Position numbers and translations under genes: made by a program. Source: Myxococcales bacterium (lineage in GTDB: Bacteria > Myxococcota_A > UBA9042 > JABWCM01 > BTVJ01). Taken from it: a DNA stretch of 64,000 nucleotides. The stretch covers positions 1 to 64,000 of the forward strand of contig BTVJ01000010.1 in the NCBI GenBank assembly GCA_045863395.1, written 5' to 3'. The notes below the pieces were generated by a model, which worked only from the letters and a program-made list of their open reading frames with translations, was not told the DNA's origin and ran no database searches. Of this stretch, positions 1-18,884 are shown in pieces. Every line of letters starts with the position of its first letter. Position 1 is the stretch's first letter.

Positions 1-67
<67 letters not shown>

Positions 68-107
68 TGTTCCCTCCGTCCTTCAACACTGGGTTCAGTG
101 GACCGCT

Positions 108-134
108 CCTGGCTTCGCACGCGCGGAAGCCAGG
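108..134. other. Intergenic hairpin CCTGGCTTC-N9-GAAGCCAGG
   Basis: Perfect 9-bp inverted repeat at 108-116 and 126-134. Confidence 0.5.
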
Positions 135-332
135 GCTCTGGCCGGTACCTTCCTCAAGCGTAGCTCATTAGCCTTTGAAGTAAAATGGAAACATATCCTT
201 TTAGGCTTTCACAGTGACCTACCCCGGAGGCTTCCCTTCCGTGGGGCCGTCCGAGGGGTCCACGTTCGCCGCGCGACCGACCTCGCACCACCACCCCGTC
301 AGGTCCGGCCGGGCTCGCTGGGGCGGGGAGAT

Positions 333-387
333 GGGGTGTCACCAAAGGTGCCAGCGCACAGGGGGGTGATACGAAAGGTGACACCCC
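333..387. promoter_or_regulatory. Tandem pseudo-palindromic transcription-factor sites upstream of the respiratory operon
   Basis: TGTCACCAAAGGTGCCA (337-353) and TGATACGAAAGGTGACA (367-383) are 30 bp apart, each preceded by GGGG. The outer halves form the inverted repeat GGGGTGTCACC / GGTGACACCCC. Confidence 0.5.
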
Positions 388-426
388 GCCAACAGGCGAG
401 CCCGTTGAGTTCTCGTAGGTTACAGG

Positions 427-2283
427 GTGGCACGATCCGTGGATTGTGCTCGGGCCGTGACGAACGACCAAACATCGTGGTGGGACCGCCACGCGGCGGT
501 GTCCATCGACTTCCTCGAGGCGAACTTCCCGTGCCGGGCCGCCTGCCCCGTCGGGACCAACGCCGGCGGCTACGTGTCCCTCATCGCCCAGGGCCGCCAC
601 GAGGAGGCCTACCTGCTCGCGCGGGCGCCCAACCCCTTCGCCTCGGTGTGCGGGCGCGTCTGCGCCCACCCCTGCGAGACGGTGTGCCGCCGCGGGGCGA
701 TCGATGCGCCCATCTCCATCCGGGCGCTCAAGCGCTTCGTGACGGAGCGGTACGGCTGCGAGAGCGCCCGCCGCTACGACGACATCCTGCGCGTCGTCGA
801 GCGGCCACGGCCAGCCGCGGCGCGCCCGCACACCGTCGCGGTCGTCGGGGCCGGGCCCGCCGGGCTCTCCTGCGCCCACGACCTCGCGCTCATGGGGCAC
901 AAGGTGATCGTGTACGACGGCGCCAAGGTCCCGGGCGGCATGCTGCGGCTCGGTGTGCCCGAGTATCGGCTGCCGCGCGAGGTCCTCGACGCCGAGATCG
1001 ACTTCATCCACTTCCTCGGGGTCGAGATTCGCCTTGGCGTCGAGATAGGGCGCGACATCACGTTCTCCGCGCTCCGCGAGACCCACGACGCGGTGTTCCT
1101 CGCGCCGGGCTGCCGCCGCGGCCGAGGCCTGCGCCTGCCCGGCTCCGACCTGCCCGGCGTGATCACCGCCGTCGACTTCCTGCTCAAGGTGAACCTGGGC
1201 GAGCCCATCGAGACCGGCGAGCGCGTCGTCGTCGTCGGCGGCGGCAATGTCGCCTTCGACGTGGCCCGGAGCGCCAACCACTTGATGACGGACGCCGCGA
1301 CCATGGCGGCCCGGGTGCTCAAGAAGGACGTGACGCTGATCTGCCTGGAGTCCGAGGCCGAGATGCCTGCGGACCGGGAGGAGATCGACGAGGGGCGGAG
1401 AGAGGGCGTGCGGCTGCTGACCCGGAGAGGGCCGAAGGCGGTCGTCGCGGGCCCCGATGGGCGCGTCTCGGGGCTCCAGACCCTCGACGTGTCGCGGGTC
1501 TTTGACGACGCAGGCCGCTTCGCTCCCCAGATGATCGACGGGACCGAGAAGGTCATCCCCGCGGACACCGTGATCTTCGCCGTCGGGCAGGTGGCGGACC
1601 TGACGTTCCTCGGAGACGGCCACGGCCTCGACGTCACCCCACAGCAGACGGTCAAGGTCGAGCGGGAGACGCTCGCCACGAACGTCGAGGGCGTCTGGGC
1701 GGGCGGAGACGTCGCCTTCGGCCCGCGCATCGCCATCGAGGCGGTCGGAGACGGCCGCCGGGCCGCCAAGGCCATCGACTCGTGGCTCACCGGGCGCTCC
1801 GACGCCCCTCCCCGCTACGTGCTCGGCGTGCTCGAGACCTACGGCTACGAGCACCCGTTTGCCCGCGGAGACTACGAGAAGACGCCGCGCGCCCACGTGC
1901 CGACCATCGAGCCGACCATCCGCGGGCAGCGCCGCGAGGTGGAGCTCGGCTTCGACGAGGCCCTCGCCCGCGCCGAGGGCGCCCGCTGCCTGCACTGCTG
2001 GGTCAACCCGGTGTTCGACTCCGTGGCCATGGAGGGCAGCGAGTGCATCCAGTGCGGCGGGTGCGCCGACGTCTGCCCCATGGAGGTCATCGCGCTGGTC
2101 TCCGCCGAACGGGTGGGGACGGCCGCAACCCAGGGCGCTGCCATGGCCATCGTGAAGGACGAGACCCGCTGCATCCGCTGTGGCCTGTGCGCCCGGCGGT
2201 GCCCGACCGCCTGCATCACCATGCAGGCCCTCTACCGCGAGCCCGAGATCGACCTGGTCCGGCTCGCAGAGCAGGTGCTGTGA
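427..2283 (+). CDS. NAD(P)H-dependent FAD/Fe-S oxidoreductase (GltD/NfnB/DsrL-like) with C-terminal 2x[4Fe-4S] ferredoxin domain
   Basis: N-terminal PCRAACP...CGRVCAHPCETVCRR cluster motif, GAGPAG FAD motif, GGGNVAFDVAR NAD(P) motif, ARCLHC, CIQCGGCADVCP and CIRCGLCARRCP. The true start may be GTG 457 or 499. Confidence 0.9.
   Translation: MARSVDCARAVTNDQTSWWDRHAAVSIDFLEANFPCRAACPVGTNAGGYVSLIAQGRHEEAYLLARAPNPFASVCGRVCAHPCETVCRRGAIDAPISIRALKRFVTERYGCESARRYDDILRVVERPRPAAARPHTVAVVGAGPAGLSCAHDLALMGHKVIVYDGAKVPGGMLRLGVPEYRLPREVLDAEIDFIHFLGVEIRLGVEIGRDITFSALRETHDAVFLAPGCRRGRGLRLPGSDLPGVITAVDFLLKVNLGEPIETGERVVVVGGGNVAFDVARSANHLMTDAATMAARVLKKDVTLICLESEAEMPADREEIDEGRREGVRLLTRRGPKAVVAGPDGRVSGLQTLDVSRVFDDAGRFAPQMIDGTEKVIPADTVIFAVGQVADLTFLGDGHGLDVTPQQTVKVERETLATNVEGVWAGGDVAFGPRIAIEAVGDGRRAAKAIDSWLTGRSDAPPRYVLGVLETYGYEHPFARGDYEKTPRAHVPTIEPTIRGQRREVELGFDEALARAEGARCLHCWVNPVFDSVAMEGSECIQCGGCADVCPMEVIALVSAERVGTAATQGAAMAIVKDETRCIRCGLCARRCPTACITMQALYREPEIDLVRLAEQVL
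428..443 (+). promoter_or_regulatory. Possible non-canonical sigma54 -24/-12 promoter
   Basis: TGGCACG-ATCC-GTGGA has a perfect -24 box, but GG instead of GC at -12. It lies downstream of enhancer-like sites. Confidence 0.3.
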
Positions 2284-2284
2284 C

Positions 2285-2773
2285 ATGGCGCTCGTCGACG
2301 ATCTGTCCATCCCGACTCCCCCGGAGGAGCTGAACCGGCGCAAGGCGCTGGGGCTGCTCGGCTCCGGGGCGCTGACCATCGCGGCGCTGGGAACGGCGGT
2401 GACCAGCGTGCGGTATCTCTGGCCCCAGGTGCTGTTCGAGGAGAGCAAGCGCTTCCGGCTCGGGCGCCCCGAGGAGATTCCGCTCGGTCAGGTCCTCGTG
2501 CTGCCCCGGCAGAAGATGTACGTCGTCCACCTGGAGGCGGGCTACGCGGCCATCTCCGCCGTGTGTACCCACCTCGGGTGCATGACCGTCCATGAGCCGG
2601 ACGCCCACGGGTACTTCTGCCCGTGCCACGGCAGCCGCTACGACGAAGAGGGCAACGTCACCGACGGCCCCGCCCCGAAGAAGCTCCCCCGCTTCGAGCT
2701 GGCCCTGGAGCGGGGCTTTCTCGTGGTCGACTCGTCCAAGGTCGTGGACCCCGACTTCGTGCTGAAGGTCTGA
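2285..2773 (+). CDS. petC: Rieske [2Fe-2S] subunit of Rieske/cytochrome b complex
   Basis: CTHLGC and CPCHGS boxes, NRRKAL Tat-like motif followed by a TM helix. ATG 2285 directly follows the upstream stop. Confidence 0.92.
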   Translation: MALVDDLSIPTPPEELNRRKALGLLGSGALTIAALGTAVTSVRYLWPQVLFEESKRFRLGRPEEIPLGQVLVLPRQKMYVVHLEAGYAAISAVCTHLGCMTVHEPDAHGYFCPCHGSRYDEEGNVTDGPAPKKLPRFELALERGFLVVDSSKVVDPDFVLKV

Positions 2774-2776
2774 GCC

Positions 2777-3505
2777 ATGTTGAAGCGAGTCATGCGGTCC
2801 ATCTTCCGCCACGGGTTCCCGGACTCCAACCGGAACCGGTCCCTGGCGGTCTTCACCAACTTCTTCCTGCACATCCACCCGGTCAAGGCGCGGGTGCGGG
2901 CGATCGCGTTCAAGCAGACCTACTACCTCGGGGGACTCTCCGCCGCGACCTTCTTCATCCTCGTGGTCACCGGCGTGCTGCTGATGTTCTACTATCACCC
3001 GTCCGTGCCCCGCGCCTACGAGGACATGAAGGACCTGGAGTTCGTGGTCACCGCCGGGGTGTTCCTGCGCAATCTCCACCGCTGGTCCGCCCACGCCATG
3101 GTCGGCCTCGTGCTGCTGCACATGGTGAGAGTGTTCTACGCCGGCGCCTATCGGCCCCCTCGCGAGTTCAACTGGGTCATCGGCGTGATCCTGCTCGTCA
3201 TCACGCTGCTCCTGTCCTTCACCGGATATCTCCTGCCCTGGGACCAGCTCGCCTTCTGGGCGGTCACGGTGGGCTCCAACATGGCGGACTCGGTCCCGGT
3301 GATTGGTCCCGACATCAAGTTCCTGATGCTCGGCGGGAGCGGAGTCAACGAGAACGCGCTGCTGCGCTTCTACGTGCTCCACTGCGTGGTGCTGCCGGGC
3401 GTGCTGATGCTCGGGATCGCCGTCCACATCTGGCGGGTGCGGAAGGACGGGGGAATCTATCTGCCTCCACGCAAGAAGGGCCACGGAGGGACTGATGAAG
3501 CCTGA
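2777..3505 (+). CDS. petB: Cytochrome b6-type N-terminal cytochrome b subunit
   Basis: [10 protein letters not shown]...[32 protein letters not shown]-x13-H (14 residues between the two His). Confidence 0.93.
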   Translation: MLKRVMRSIFRHGFPDSNRNRSLAVFTNFFLHIHPVKARVRAIAFKQTYYLGGLSAATFFILVVTGVLLMFYYHPSVPRAYEDMKDLEFVVTAGVFLRNLHRWSAHAMVGLVLLHMVRVFYAGAYRPPREFNWVIGVILLVITLLLSFTGYLLPWDQLAFWAVTVGSNMADSVPVIGPDIKFLMLGGSGVNENALLRFYVLHCVVLPGVLMLGIAVHIWRVRKDGGIYLPPRKKGHGGTDEA

Positions 3506-4148
3506 TCCGGCCGTCCGCCACATCGTCGTCATCCAGGGGGAGGCACGCCCCCCCGTGGACGTGGACGACGAGCCGCAGCTCATGACGTTTCCGCACCTGG
3601 TCGTGCGGGAGCTGCTGGCGCTGCTCGCCATCTCCATCGTGCTCGTCGTCGCGGCGCTCCTGTTCGACGCCCCCCTGGAGGAGCTGGCCAACCCGACGGT
3701 CGCCCCGAACCCGGCCAAGGCGCCGTGGTACTTCCTCGGGCTCCAGGAGCTGCTGCACTACTACCCGCCGCTGATCTCCGGCGTCATCCTGCCCGGGATC
3801 GTCGTCGCGGCGCTCGTGATCATCCCGTACTTCGAGGTCAATCTGCGGCGGCGCCCGCTCTGGGAGTCCGCCGACCGGAGCCGCACCCTGGCCGGCATCG
3901 GCGTGGGCGTGGCGATACTCAGCGCCATCCTTCTGTTCACGGGGGCGCACCCAGTCTGGCCCGTTCTCGTGCCCCTGTGGGTGACGGTCGGCCTCGCGCT
4001 GCTCCCGCCCTTTGGCAAGCGCTCGTTGGCCTTCTGGATCTTCTCGTGGTTCCTCGCGTCCACGGTCACCCTGACCGTCATAGGCGTCTTCTTCCGCGGT
4101 CCCGGCTGGAGCTTCGTGCTCCCGTGGCGGGACGGTCTCTTCTACTAG
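3495..4148 (+). CDS. petD: Cytochrome b6f subunit IV-like (C-terminal cytochrome b)
   Basis: [18 protein letters not shown]...[17 protein letters not shown] (PEWY-equivalent), several TM helices. Confidence 0.87.
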   Translation: MKPDPAVRHIVVIQGEARPPVDVDDEPQLMTFPHLVVRELLALLAISIVLVVAALLFDAPLEELANPTVAPNPAKAPWYFLGLQELLHYYPPLISGVILPGIVVAALVIIPYFEVNLRRRPLWESADRSRTLAGIGVGVAILSAILLFTGAHPVWPVLVPLWVTVGLALLPPFGKRSLAFWIFSWFLASTVTLTVIGVFFRGPGWSFVLPWRDGLFY

Positions 4149-4160
4149 GAGCGCGGCACG

Positions 4161-5716
4161 ATGCGACCCGATCTGGACATCCGCCGCTTCCTGCTCGCCT
4201 TCGCGGCGCTGAGCGTGCTGCTGACGGGGCTCCTCGCCGTTGCGCCGGCCAAGGACCACTTCTCCGAGTGGAGGGCGACCCAGGAGCGCTACAACTCGCT
4301 GGCCTCTGCGCCAATCCCCGTGGAGCTGCGCCAGGTCTGGAAGCCGGACCGGGGCACCGTGGACCGCTGCACGAGCTGCCACCTGGGCATGGGACCGGCG
4401 GAGCCACTCTCGGCCGAGAAGGTCTTTGCCGCCCACCCGCCCATGCCGCACGACCCGAGCGACATCGGCTGCACGGTGTGTCACTCGGGCCAGGGGCGCG
4501 CGACGACGGCGGCTGGGGCCCACGGCAAGGTGGCCCACTGGACCGAGCCGCTCCTGCCCATGGAGCACATCGAGGCAGGCTGCGGCTCGTGTCACGGCGA
4601 CGCCCGCCCTGCGTCGTCGCAGACCATCGCCCGCGGGGAGGCGCTGTTCGCTCAAGCCGACTGCTACGCGTGCCACAAGGTGGACGGCAAGGGGCGCGGC
4701 ACGGGGCCCGACCTGTCCGGTGTGGGCGCCCGCGCCTACGTCCACGACTGGAACGCGCGGCACGCAGCGCTGGCCGCCACCGGCGCAAACGGCCCCTGGA
4801 AGGACTCCTTCCGCCCGGTCCCGCTCGACCAGGTCGCCGCCATCGACGCGTGGCTCGACACGCGCATCAAGGCGCCGCGCCTGATGGCGGCGCAGACCCT
4901 CGTGCACGACCTCGGGTGCCTGGGGTGTCACAAGGTGCGCGGCACGGGAGGCGACGACGGGCCCGAGCTGTCGGAGTCGTGGCGCACCCGGACGCCCGAG
5001 TGGCTCACCGAGCACTTCATCTCGCCCCAGGCCCTCGTGCCCGGCAGCCTGATGCCTGATTTTGGCCTCTCGCGGGACCAGGCGAGCCTGCTGACCACAT
5101 GGGTGCTCTCCCTCCGGGGACCCGGCCGCACACGCAACGAGCGCACCTTCGCGCAGGACGGCGCCACCCTCTACGGGGCCTTCTGCGCCGCCTGTCACGG
5201 CCCGTCTGGCGAGGGGCGTCGCTACGGACAGACTCCCTCGACCTTCCCGGCCATCGGCAGCCCGGACTTCCTCGCCGTCGCCAGCGACGACATGCTGCGC
5301 AAGACGCTGCTCGACGGCCGCCCGGGGCGCCGCATGCCCGCCTGGGGCACGAAGGAGGGCGGCTTCCGCCCGGAGGAGGTCGAGGCCCTTGTCCAGCACC
5401 TGCGCTCTCTGGCGCCCGCGCCGGACCCGAAGGACCTGATTGAGGTCCCATCCCAGGGAGACGCCACCCGCGGCGCCCCCCTCTACGCGGCCCACTGCGC
5501 CTCGTGCCACGGGGCGGCCGGCGAGGGCAAGGACGGCCCGGCGCTTCGCAACGCGGCCTTCCTGGCCGCGGCGACGGACACGTACATCCGGCTGACCGTC
5601 CAGCGCGGGCGCGGCGGCACGGCCATGCGGCCCTTCGGCCGCGGCACGCCCGGCAACGCGAGCCTCGCACCGACTCAGATAGACGACATCATCGCCTTCA
5701 TCCGCAAGGGGACACC

Positions 5717-5720
<4 letters not shown>
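4161..5720 (+). CDS. Membrane-anchored multiheme cytochrome c (7 CxxCH)
   Basis: CTSCH, CTVCH, CGSCH, CYACH, CLGCH, CAACH, CASCH and an N-terminal hydrophobic helix. Confidence 0.93.
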
Positions 5721-9154
<3,434 letters not shown>

Positions 9155-9157
9155 CCC

Positions 9158-10284
<1,127 letters not shown>

Positions 10285-10288
<4 letters not shown>

Positions 10289-11085
10289 GAAACACCGCCA
10301 TCATCGCGCTGTGCGCCGCCCTCATCGGCTGCGGCGAGACGACCACCAAGGCACCCGAGGCCGCCAAGGGGCTGGTCATCGGCAAGGCTGCGACGCTGCC
10401 GGCGACCCCCGGCGACCCCGCGTGGCAGGGCGTCGCCCCGGCGACGGTGCCGCTCCTGCCCCAGGACGTCACGGAGCCGCGGCTCACCGACGGGGTCAAG
10501 GAGGTCGAGGTGCGCGCCGTGGGAGACGGCACCTCCGTCGCGTGGCGTCTGTCGTGGGCGGACCCCACCCAGGACGACGGCCTCGGGGTGACCCGCTTCG
10601 CCGACGGCTGCGCAGTGCAGCTCCCGAGCACAGGAGGCCCGGACGTCCCCGACTCCATGATGGGCCAGCCCGGGCGCCCCGTGCGGATCACGCTCTGGAA
10701 GGCCATCTGGCAGGCGGTCGCAGGCGGCAAGGAGCAGACCATCGCGCGCCTCTACCCGAATGCGCTCATCGACCATTACCCCCACGGGGACCATGTGGCG
10801 GCGGTGGTCTCGGGGAACTCCATGGCGACCCTCCCGGGCGGGCGCGTCACCCAGGACCTCGTCGCCGAGGGCTTTGGGAGCCTCTCTCCCGCACCGGAGC
10901 AGACATCCAAGGGGGCGGGCGCCTGGGCGGACGGCAAGTGGTCGGTGGTCGTCGTGACCGCCGCGCCGCCGTCTCCCCGCTCCTACGCCGCGTTCGCCGT
11001 GTGGGATGGGGCGGGCCGCCAGACCGGGGCGCGCAAGATGCGCTCCGACTGGGTGGGGACCACGGCCGAGGGGGGCGCGCCATGA
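10285..11085 (+). CDS. nxrC: Heme b gamma subunit (EbdC/NxrC-like, DOMON-type), lipoprotein
   Basis: ATGA overlap, lipobox [42 protein letters not shown]...GARK. Confidence 0.82.
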
Positions 11086-11777
11086 GCGGCTGCCCCGACT
11101 GCGACCACGCCGAGAGTCCGACACCGGTCACCGCGACACCTGCTTCGTCCACCGAAGTGCTGATCCATGCAGCCGCCCTGGACCGCCTGCTGATGCTGCT
11201 CCTGCTCCCGCCGGACCCACACCGCCCGGCGGCCCTCCGGGAGCTCGCCCCCGCGCTGGAGCCGGAGCTGCGAGACTTCGCCATCGCGGCAGCGGACCAG
11301 GGCGCCGGCGCCCTCCAGGCGGAGTATCACGTGCTCCTCGGCTTCTCGGGCCTCGTTCCCACGTGCGAGAGCGATCTGGGCGACGGCGTGATGCGCAAGG
11401 CGTCCAGCATCCCCGACGTGGCGGGCTTCTATCGGGCCTTCTCGTGGGCCCCCGCGGAGCTGCGGGACAGCCCGGACCACATCGCCTCCGAGCTGGGCTT
11501 CGCCTCGTGGCTGGCGCTGAAGCAGGCGGCGGCCCAGGACGCGGGGAACGCGGACGCCACGGCGGTCACCGCCGAGGCACGCGACGCCTTCGAGCGGGAG
11601 CACCTCGGCCCCTTCGGCGCCCGCCTCGCCGAGCGGCTCCTGGCGGTGGCGCCGGACGGGTCGCTGTTCGCGCACGTCGCGGCGCTGCTCGCCCTGCGGT
11701 GTCAGCTCCCGGACATGACTGGAGAGGGGCGGGACGGTCGGGGTGAGGGCGGGAGCTCCACGGGGGCAACGAGCTGA
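11082..11777 (+). CDS. TorD/DmsD-family molybdoenzyme chaperone
   Basis: DVAGFYRAF and PDHIASELGF motifs, ATGA overlap, last gene of the operon. Confidence 0.85.
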   Translation: MSGCPDCDHAESPTPVTATPASSTEVLIHAAALDRLLMLLLLPPDPHRPAALRELAPALEPELRDFAIAAADQGAGALQAEYHVLLGFSGLVPTCESDLGDGVMRKASSIPDVAGFYRAFSWAPAELRDSPDHIASELGFASWLALKQAAAQDAGNADATAVTAEARDAFEREHLGPFGARLAERLLAVAPDGSLFAHVAALLALRCQLPDMTGEGRDGRGEGGSSTGATS

Positions 11778-11801
11778 CCGCCCTGCCCCCCGGTTCCACG
11801 G

Positions 11802-13553
11802 CTACTTCTTCGCGATGCGCGCCGCGTAAGGCCCCGTGATGGACTCCTCGCCCGCGGTGAGCTTCAGCTCGCCGCAGACCCAGGTGTCGTCCAGGTGGTC
11901 GATGGTCGCGGTGCCCGCCTTCACACCGTCCAGCGAGATGGACATGAACATCATGCCGCCGGTCTTGATGCCGAGGGTCGGCATGACGTAGCGCTCGGTC
12001 TTGGTGTCGAGGGAGTACTCGCCGGCGTCGACCGGCTGCGGCTCCTTCTTCTCGCTCTGCAGGTCCACCTTGGCGAAGCGCAGGCCCACCTTGAGCTGAC
12101 GGCCACGCGGCGCGTCGAAGAGCTTCGCCGGGTCCAGCAGGTAGTTGGCGATGTCCACCGTGATCGTCTTGCCCTCCCACTGCGACTGGGCGTAGGCCGA
12201 GATCACCGTCAGCGACTTGTCCTCCCACTTCTTCAGGTTCAGCGCCAGGTCGCCCTTCTTGCACGCGGCGGGCATGCCCTCCCAGTCCATGGGGGTGCTC
12301 GCCTGCTGCACCTCGTTGAGGCCGTTGCCGGGCGCCGACAGCGTGGCCTCGTTGAGCCCGGCCACCGTGACGGGCGTCGCGCGGTCCATGAGGGTGCCGT
12401 CACCGAGCTGGCCGCGCTGGTTGTAGCCCCAGCACTTCACGGTGCCATCCTTCAGCGCCGCGCAGGAGGTGTTGGCGCCGGTGGCGATGGAGACGGCGTC
12501 CGTGATGCCCTGGACCGCGACCGGCGCGTTGGACATGCTGCCGACCTGGCCGTTGCCGAGCTGACCGCGGTCATTGCTGCCCCAGCACTTGACCGTCCCG
12601 CCCGCCAGCAGCGCGCAGAGGTGGCCGCGGCCGGCGATGGCCGTCGCCCCGGCGAGGTCGCCCTTCTTCGCGGGCGCGGCGTAGTCCGTCCAGCACGTGA
12701 CGCTGGTGTCGCCGTGGGAGACGCAGGTCTCGCCACCCTGGGTGGCCGCCCAGATCGCCTTGGCGTCGGTCACGCCCTCCACCAGCGTCGCGTCCTGCTT
12801 CTTGTTGACGTAGCCCCAGCACTTGACCGTGCCGTCGCCCAGCAAGGCGCAGGCGTGGTTCTGGCCCGCGGCCACGCCCACGGCGCCCGCCACGTTCGGG
12901 ATCTGCGTGATCGGCTTGTCCGACGAGTTGCTCGGATCGCTCTCGCCGAAGGAGTTGAAGGCCGCGCTGCCCCAGCCCTTGACGCTGCCGTCGGGCCACA
13001 CGGCGTAGATCGTGCCGCCGCCGGTCGCCAGCGCCTTGATGCCCTTCAGATCGAGCACGGCGCGAGGGGCGCCGTCCGTCGCGTTGTCCGGGAACAGGCG
13101 CGTGTGACCCCAGCACCAGACCGACTCGTCCTTGCGTCCCACGCACGCGATGTCGCTGGCGCTGCCGGGGTCGCCGCCCATGACGATCCACGTGGCGTCC
13201 GTCACACCGGGGACCTGCACGGGCGTCGCGGCGTCGTCGTTGGACTTGGGGAGGCCCAGCTCGCCGAAGTCGTTGCGACCCCAGCACCGGACCGTGCCGT
13301 CATCCATCAACGCACAGGCAGCGCCGTTGCCCGCGGCGACCTGCACGGCCTTGGGGCCAGCCTTCGCAGCGTCCTTTGCCGGCTCGTCCTTCTTGGCCTC
13401 GTCCTTCGGCTCGTCCTTCTTGGCCTCGTCCTTCTTGGCCTCGTCCTTCTTGGCCTCGTCCTTCGCGGGGGGAGCGGCCGGGGCCTCGTCCTTCTTGCAG
13501 CCCGGCGCCGCAAGGGCCGCCACGACGGCCAGTGTCATCATCGCTCTGCGCAT
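11802..13553 (-). CDS. RCC1-repeat beta-propeller lipoprotein
   Basis: Lipobox AAPGC, repeated CALxxDGTVxCWGxNxxGQLG units, and an unrelated C-terminal domain. Confidence 0.88.
   Translation of the reverse strand: MRRAMMTLAVVAALAAPGCKKDEAPAAPPAKDEAKKDEAKKDEAKKDEPKDEAKKDEPAKDAAKAGPKAVQVAAGNGAACALMDDGTVRCWGRNDFGELGLPKSNDDAATPVQVPGVTDATWIVMGGDPGSASDIACVGRKDESVWCWGHTRLFPDNATDGAPRAVLDLKGIKALATGGGTIYAVWPDGSVKGWGSAAFNSFGESDPSNSSDKPITQIPNVAGAVGVAAGQNHACALLGDGTVKCWGYVNKKQDATLVEGVTDAKAIWAATQGGETCVSHGDTSVTCWTDYAAPAKKGDLAGATAIAGRGHLCALLAGGTVKCWGSNDRGQLGNGQVGSMSNAPVAVQGITDAVSIATGANTSCAALKDGTVKCWGYNQRGQLGDGTLMDRATPVTVAGLNEATLSAPGNGLNEVQQASTPMDWEGMPAACKKGDLALNLKKWEDKSLTVISAYAQSQWEGKTITVDIANYLLDPAKLFDAPRGRQLKVGLRFAKVDLQSEKKEPQPVDAGEYSLDTKTERYVMPTLGIKTGGMMFMSISLDGVKAGTATIDHLDDTWVCGELKLTAGEESITGPYAARIAKK
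13381..13497 (-). repeat. 15-bp coding tandem repeat (KKDEA pentapeptide linker)
   Basis: Repeated ggcctcgtccttctt units encoding KDEAKKDEAKKDEAKKDEPKDEAKKDEP. Confidence 0.85.
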
Positions 13554-13771
13554 CGGTCTTCCTCCAGTTCCTGCTGGGTGGGTGCCTCGCCAGCCCCGAG
13601 CGCTGGCGGACCAGGGGGGACAGGCGGGGTGCGGGCCTTCCCGACGGGGGCTGTTCTAGTCCATCCTGGAGAATCCCGCAAGGTGAGATGGAAGCGCACG
13701 GTGACCCCGACGCCCTGGCCTGTCGATGGTCCGGGCGCACCCCTACGCGTGTGATTCTGGCGGCTGAGAGG

Positions 13772-17848
<4,077 letters not shown>

Positions 17849-17977
17849 GGGCGGTCCTCGGTGACGCGGTGTCTGGGGGCAGCGGGCGGGAGTATGGACT
17901 CAAAGTGGCTGGCAGCGCAACGTGGCCACCTGGCTGCGCCCTTGCCGCCTGCCGGCCCGGAGCGTACCGTTGCGTGC

Positions 17978-18418
17978 ATGGACGCCATCGCGACCCACAC
18001 GCTGACCGACACGGAGCGCGTCGCCCTCGCGGGAGCTGCCCGGCAGCTCCTGGCACGGCACGGCTGGGTGCGTGTGGTCTACCTCTATGGGTCTGCGGCG
18101 CGCGGAGGAGGAGCCCACGACATCGACATCGGCATTGTGGCCGACCCGATCCCGACCCGTTGGGACACCGAGATCCTGCTGGCGGCGGAGCTCCACGAGG
18201 CGACGGGTATCGGCGCGGTGCCGTTCGACGTGCGCATCGTGAACCACGCCGACCCCGTGTTCCTGGGGCGTATGCTGACCGACGCCGTCCTTCTGGCCGA
18301 GGCCACCCGCGCGGACCGGGTCCGCTTCGAGGTGCGCGCGATGTCGCTGTGGCTCGACTTCAAGCCGGTCTGGGAGAGGATCCGGGCCCAGGTCCTCCAA
18401 GGGTGGTCCCATGGGTGA
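17978..18418 (+). CDS. mntA: Minimal nucleotidyltransferase antitoxin (MNT)
   Basis: YLYGSAARG...DIDIG and DVRIVN motifs, 146 aa, overlaps the HEPN gene. Confidence 0.85.
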   Translation: MDAIATHTLTDTERVALAGAARQLLARHGWVRVVYLYGSAARGGGAHDIDIGIVADPIPTRWDTEILLAAELHEATGIGAVPFDVRIVNHADPVFLGRMLTDAVLLAEATRADRVRFEVRAMSLWLDFKPVWERIRAQVLQGWSHG

Positions 18419-18824
18419 GTCGCACCTCGCGCTGCTCCGTGAGCTCCTCGATTTGCTGGATCGGTACGCTGCGACCGTGACCGTGGTCGCCATCGGCTCG
18501 GACCGGGAGACCTGGCTCAAGGTGCGCGGCGCGCTGGAGGTGTCAGGCCAGTGCGCCATCGACCTGGCGCTGCACATCGTCGCCACACGCCGACTCGGGA
18601 TGCCCCAGACCTACCGCGACGCCTTCAAGCTCCTCGCTGGGGCAGGCGTCATCGACGCACGGCTCGCAGGCGAGCTCGAGGCCTGGGCCGGGCTGCGGAA
18701 CGTGCTCGCCCACGTCTACACGTCCCTGGACCTGGAGCGGCTCCACAGCGCCCTCGGGGAGACGGCCCCCCTTCGAGCCTTCGCCGTGATCGCCGCGCGG
18801 GAGCTGAACGACGCCGGGGCGTGA
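18411..18824 (+). CDS. hepT: HEPN/DUF86 ribonuclease toxin
   Basis: RNVLAHVY (Rx4HxY) and PQTYRDAF motifs. Confidence 0.87.
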   Translation: MGESHLALLRELLDLLDRYAATVTVVAIGSDRETWLKVRGALEVSGQCAIDLALHIVATRRLGMPQTYRDAFKLLAGAGVIDARLAGELEAWAGLRNVLAHVYTSLDLERLHSALGETAPLRAFAVIAARELNDAGA

Positions 18825-18884
18825 CCCCAGGCTTGCCTCACCGCCCCGTCGGACCTATGCTCGGCGCCATCGACAGGAGCGGGC

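Noticed and set aside
427..2283. Call as dsrL or gltD
   Set aside because: The architecture is similar, but there is no YRR motif and no dsr or gltB neighbours. The context is a Rieske/cyt b operon.
5504..5716. N-terminal extension of the 1216-aa ORF
   Set aside because: It overlaps the cytochrome c gene. The Tat signal and ATGA coupling place the start at 5717.
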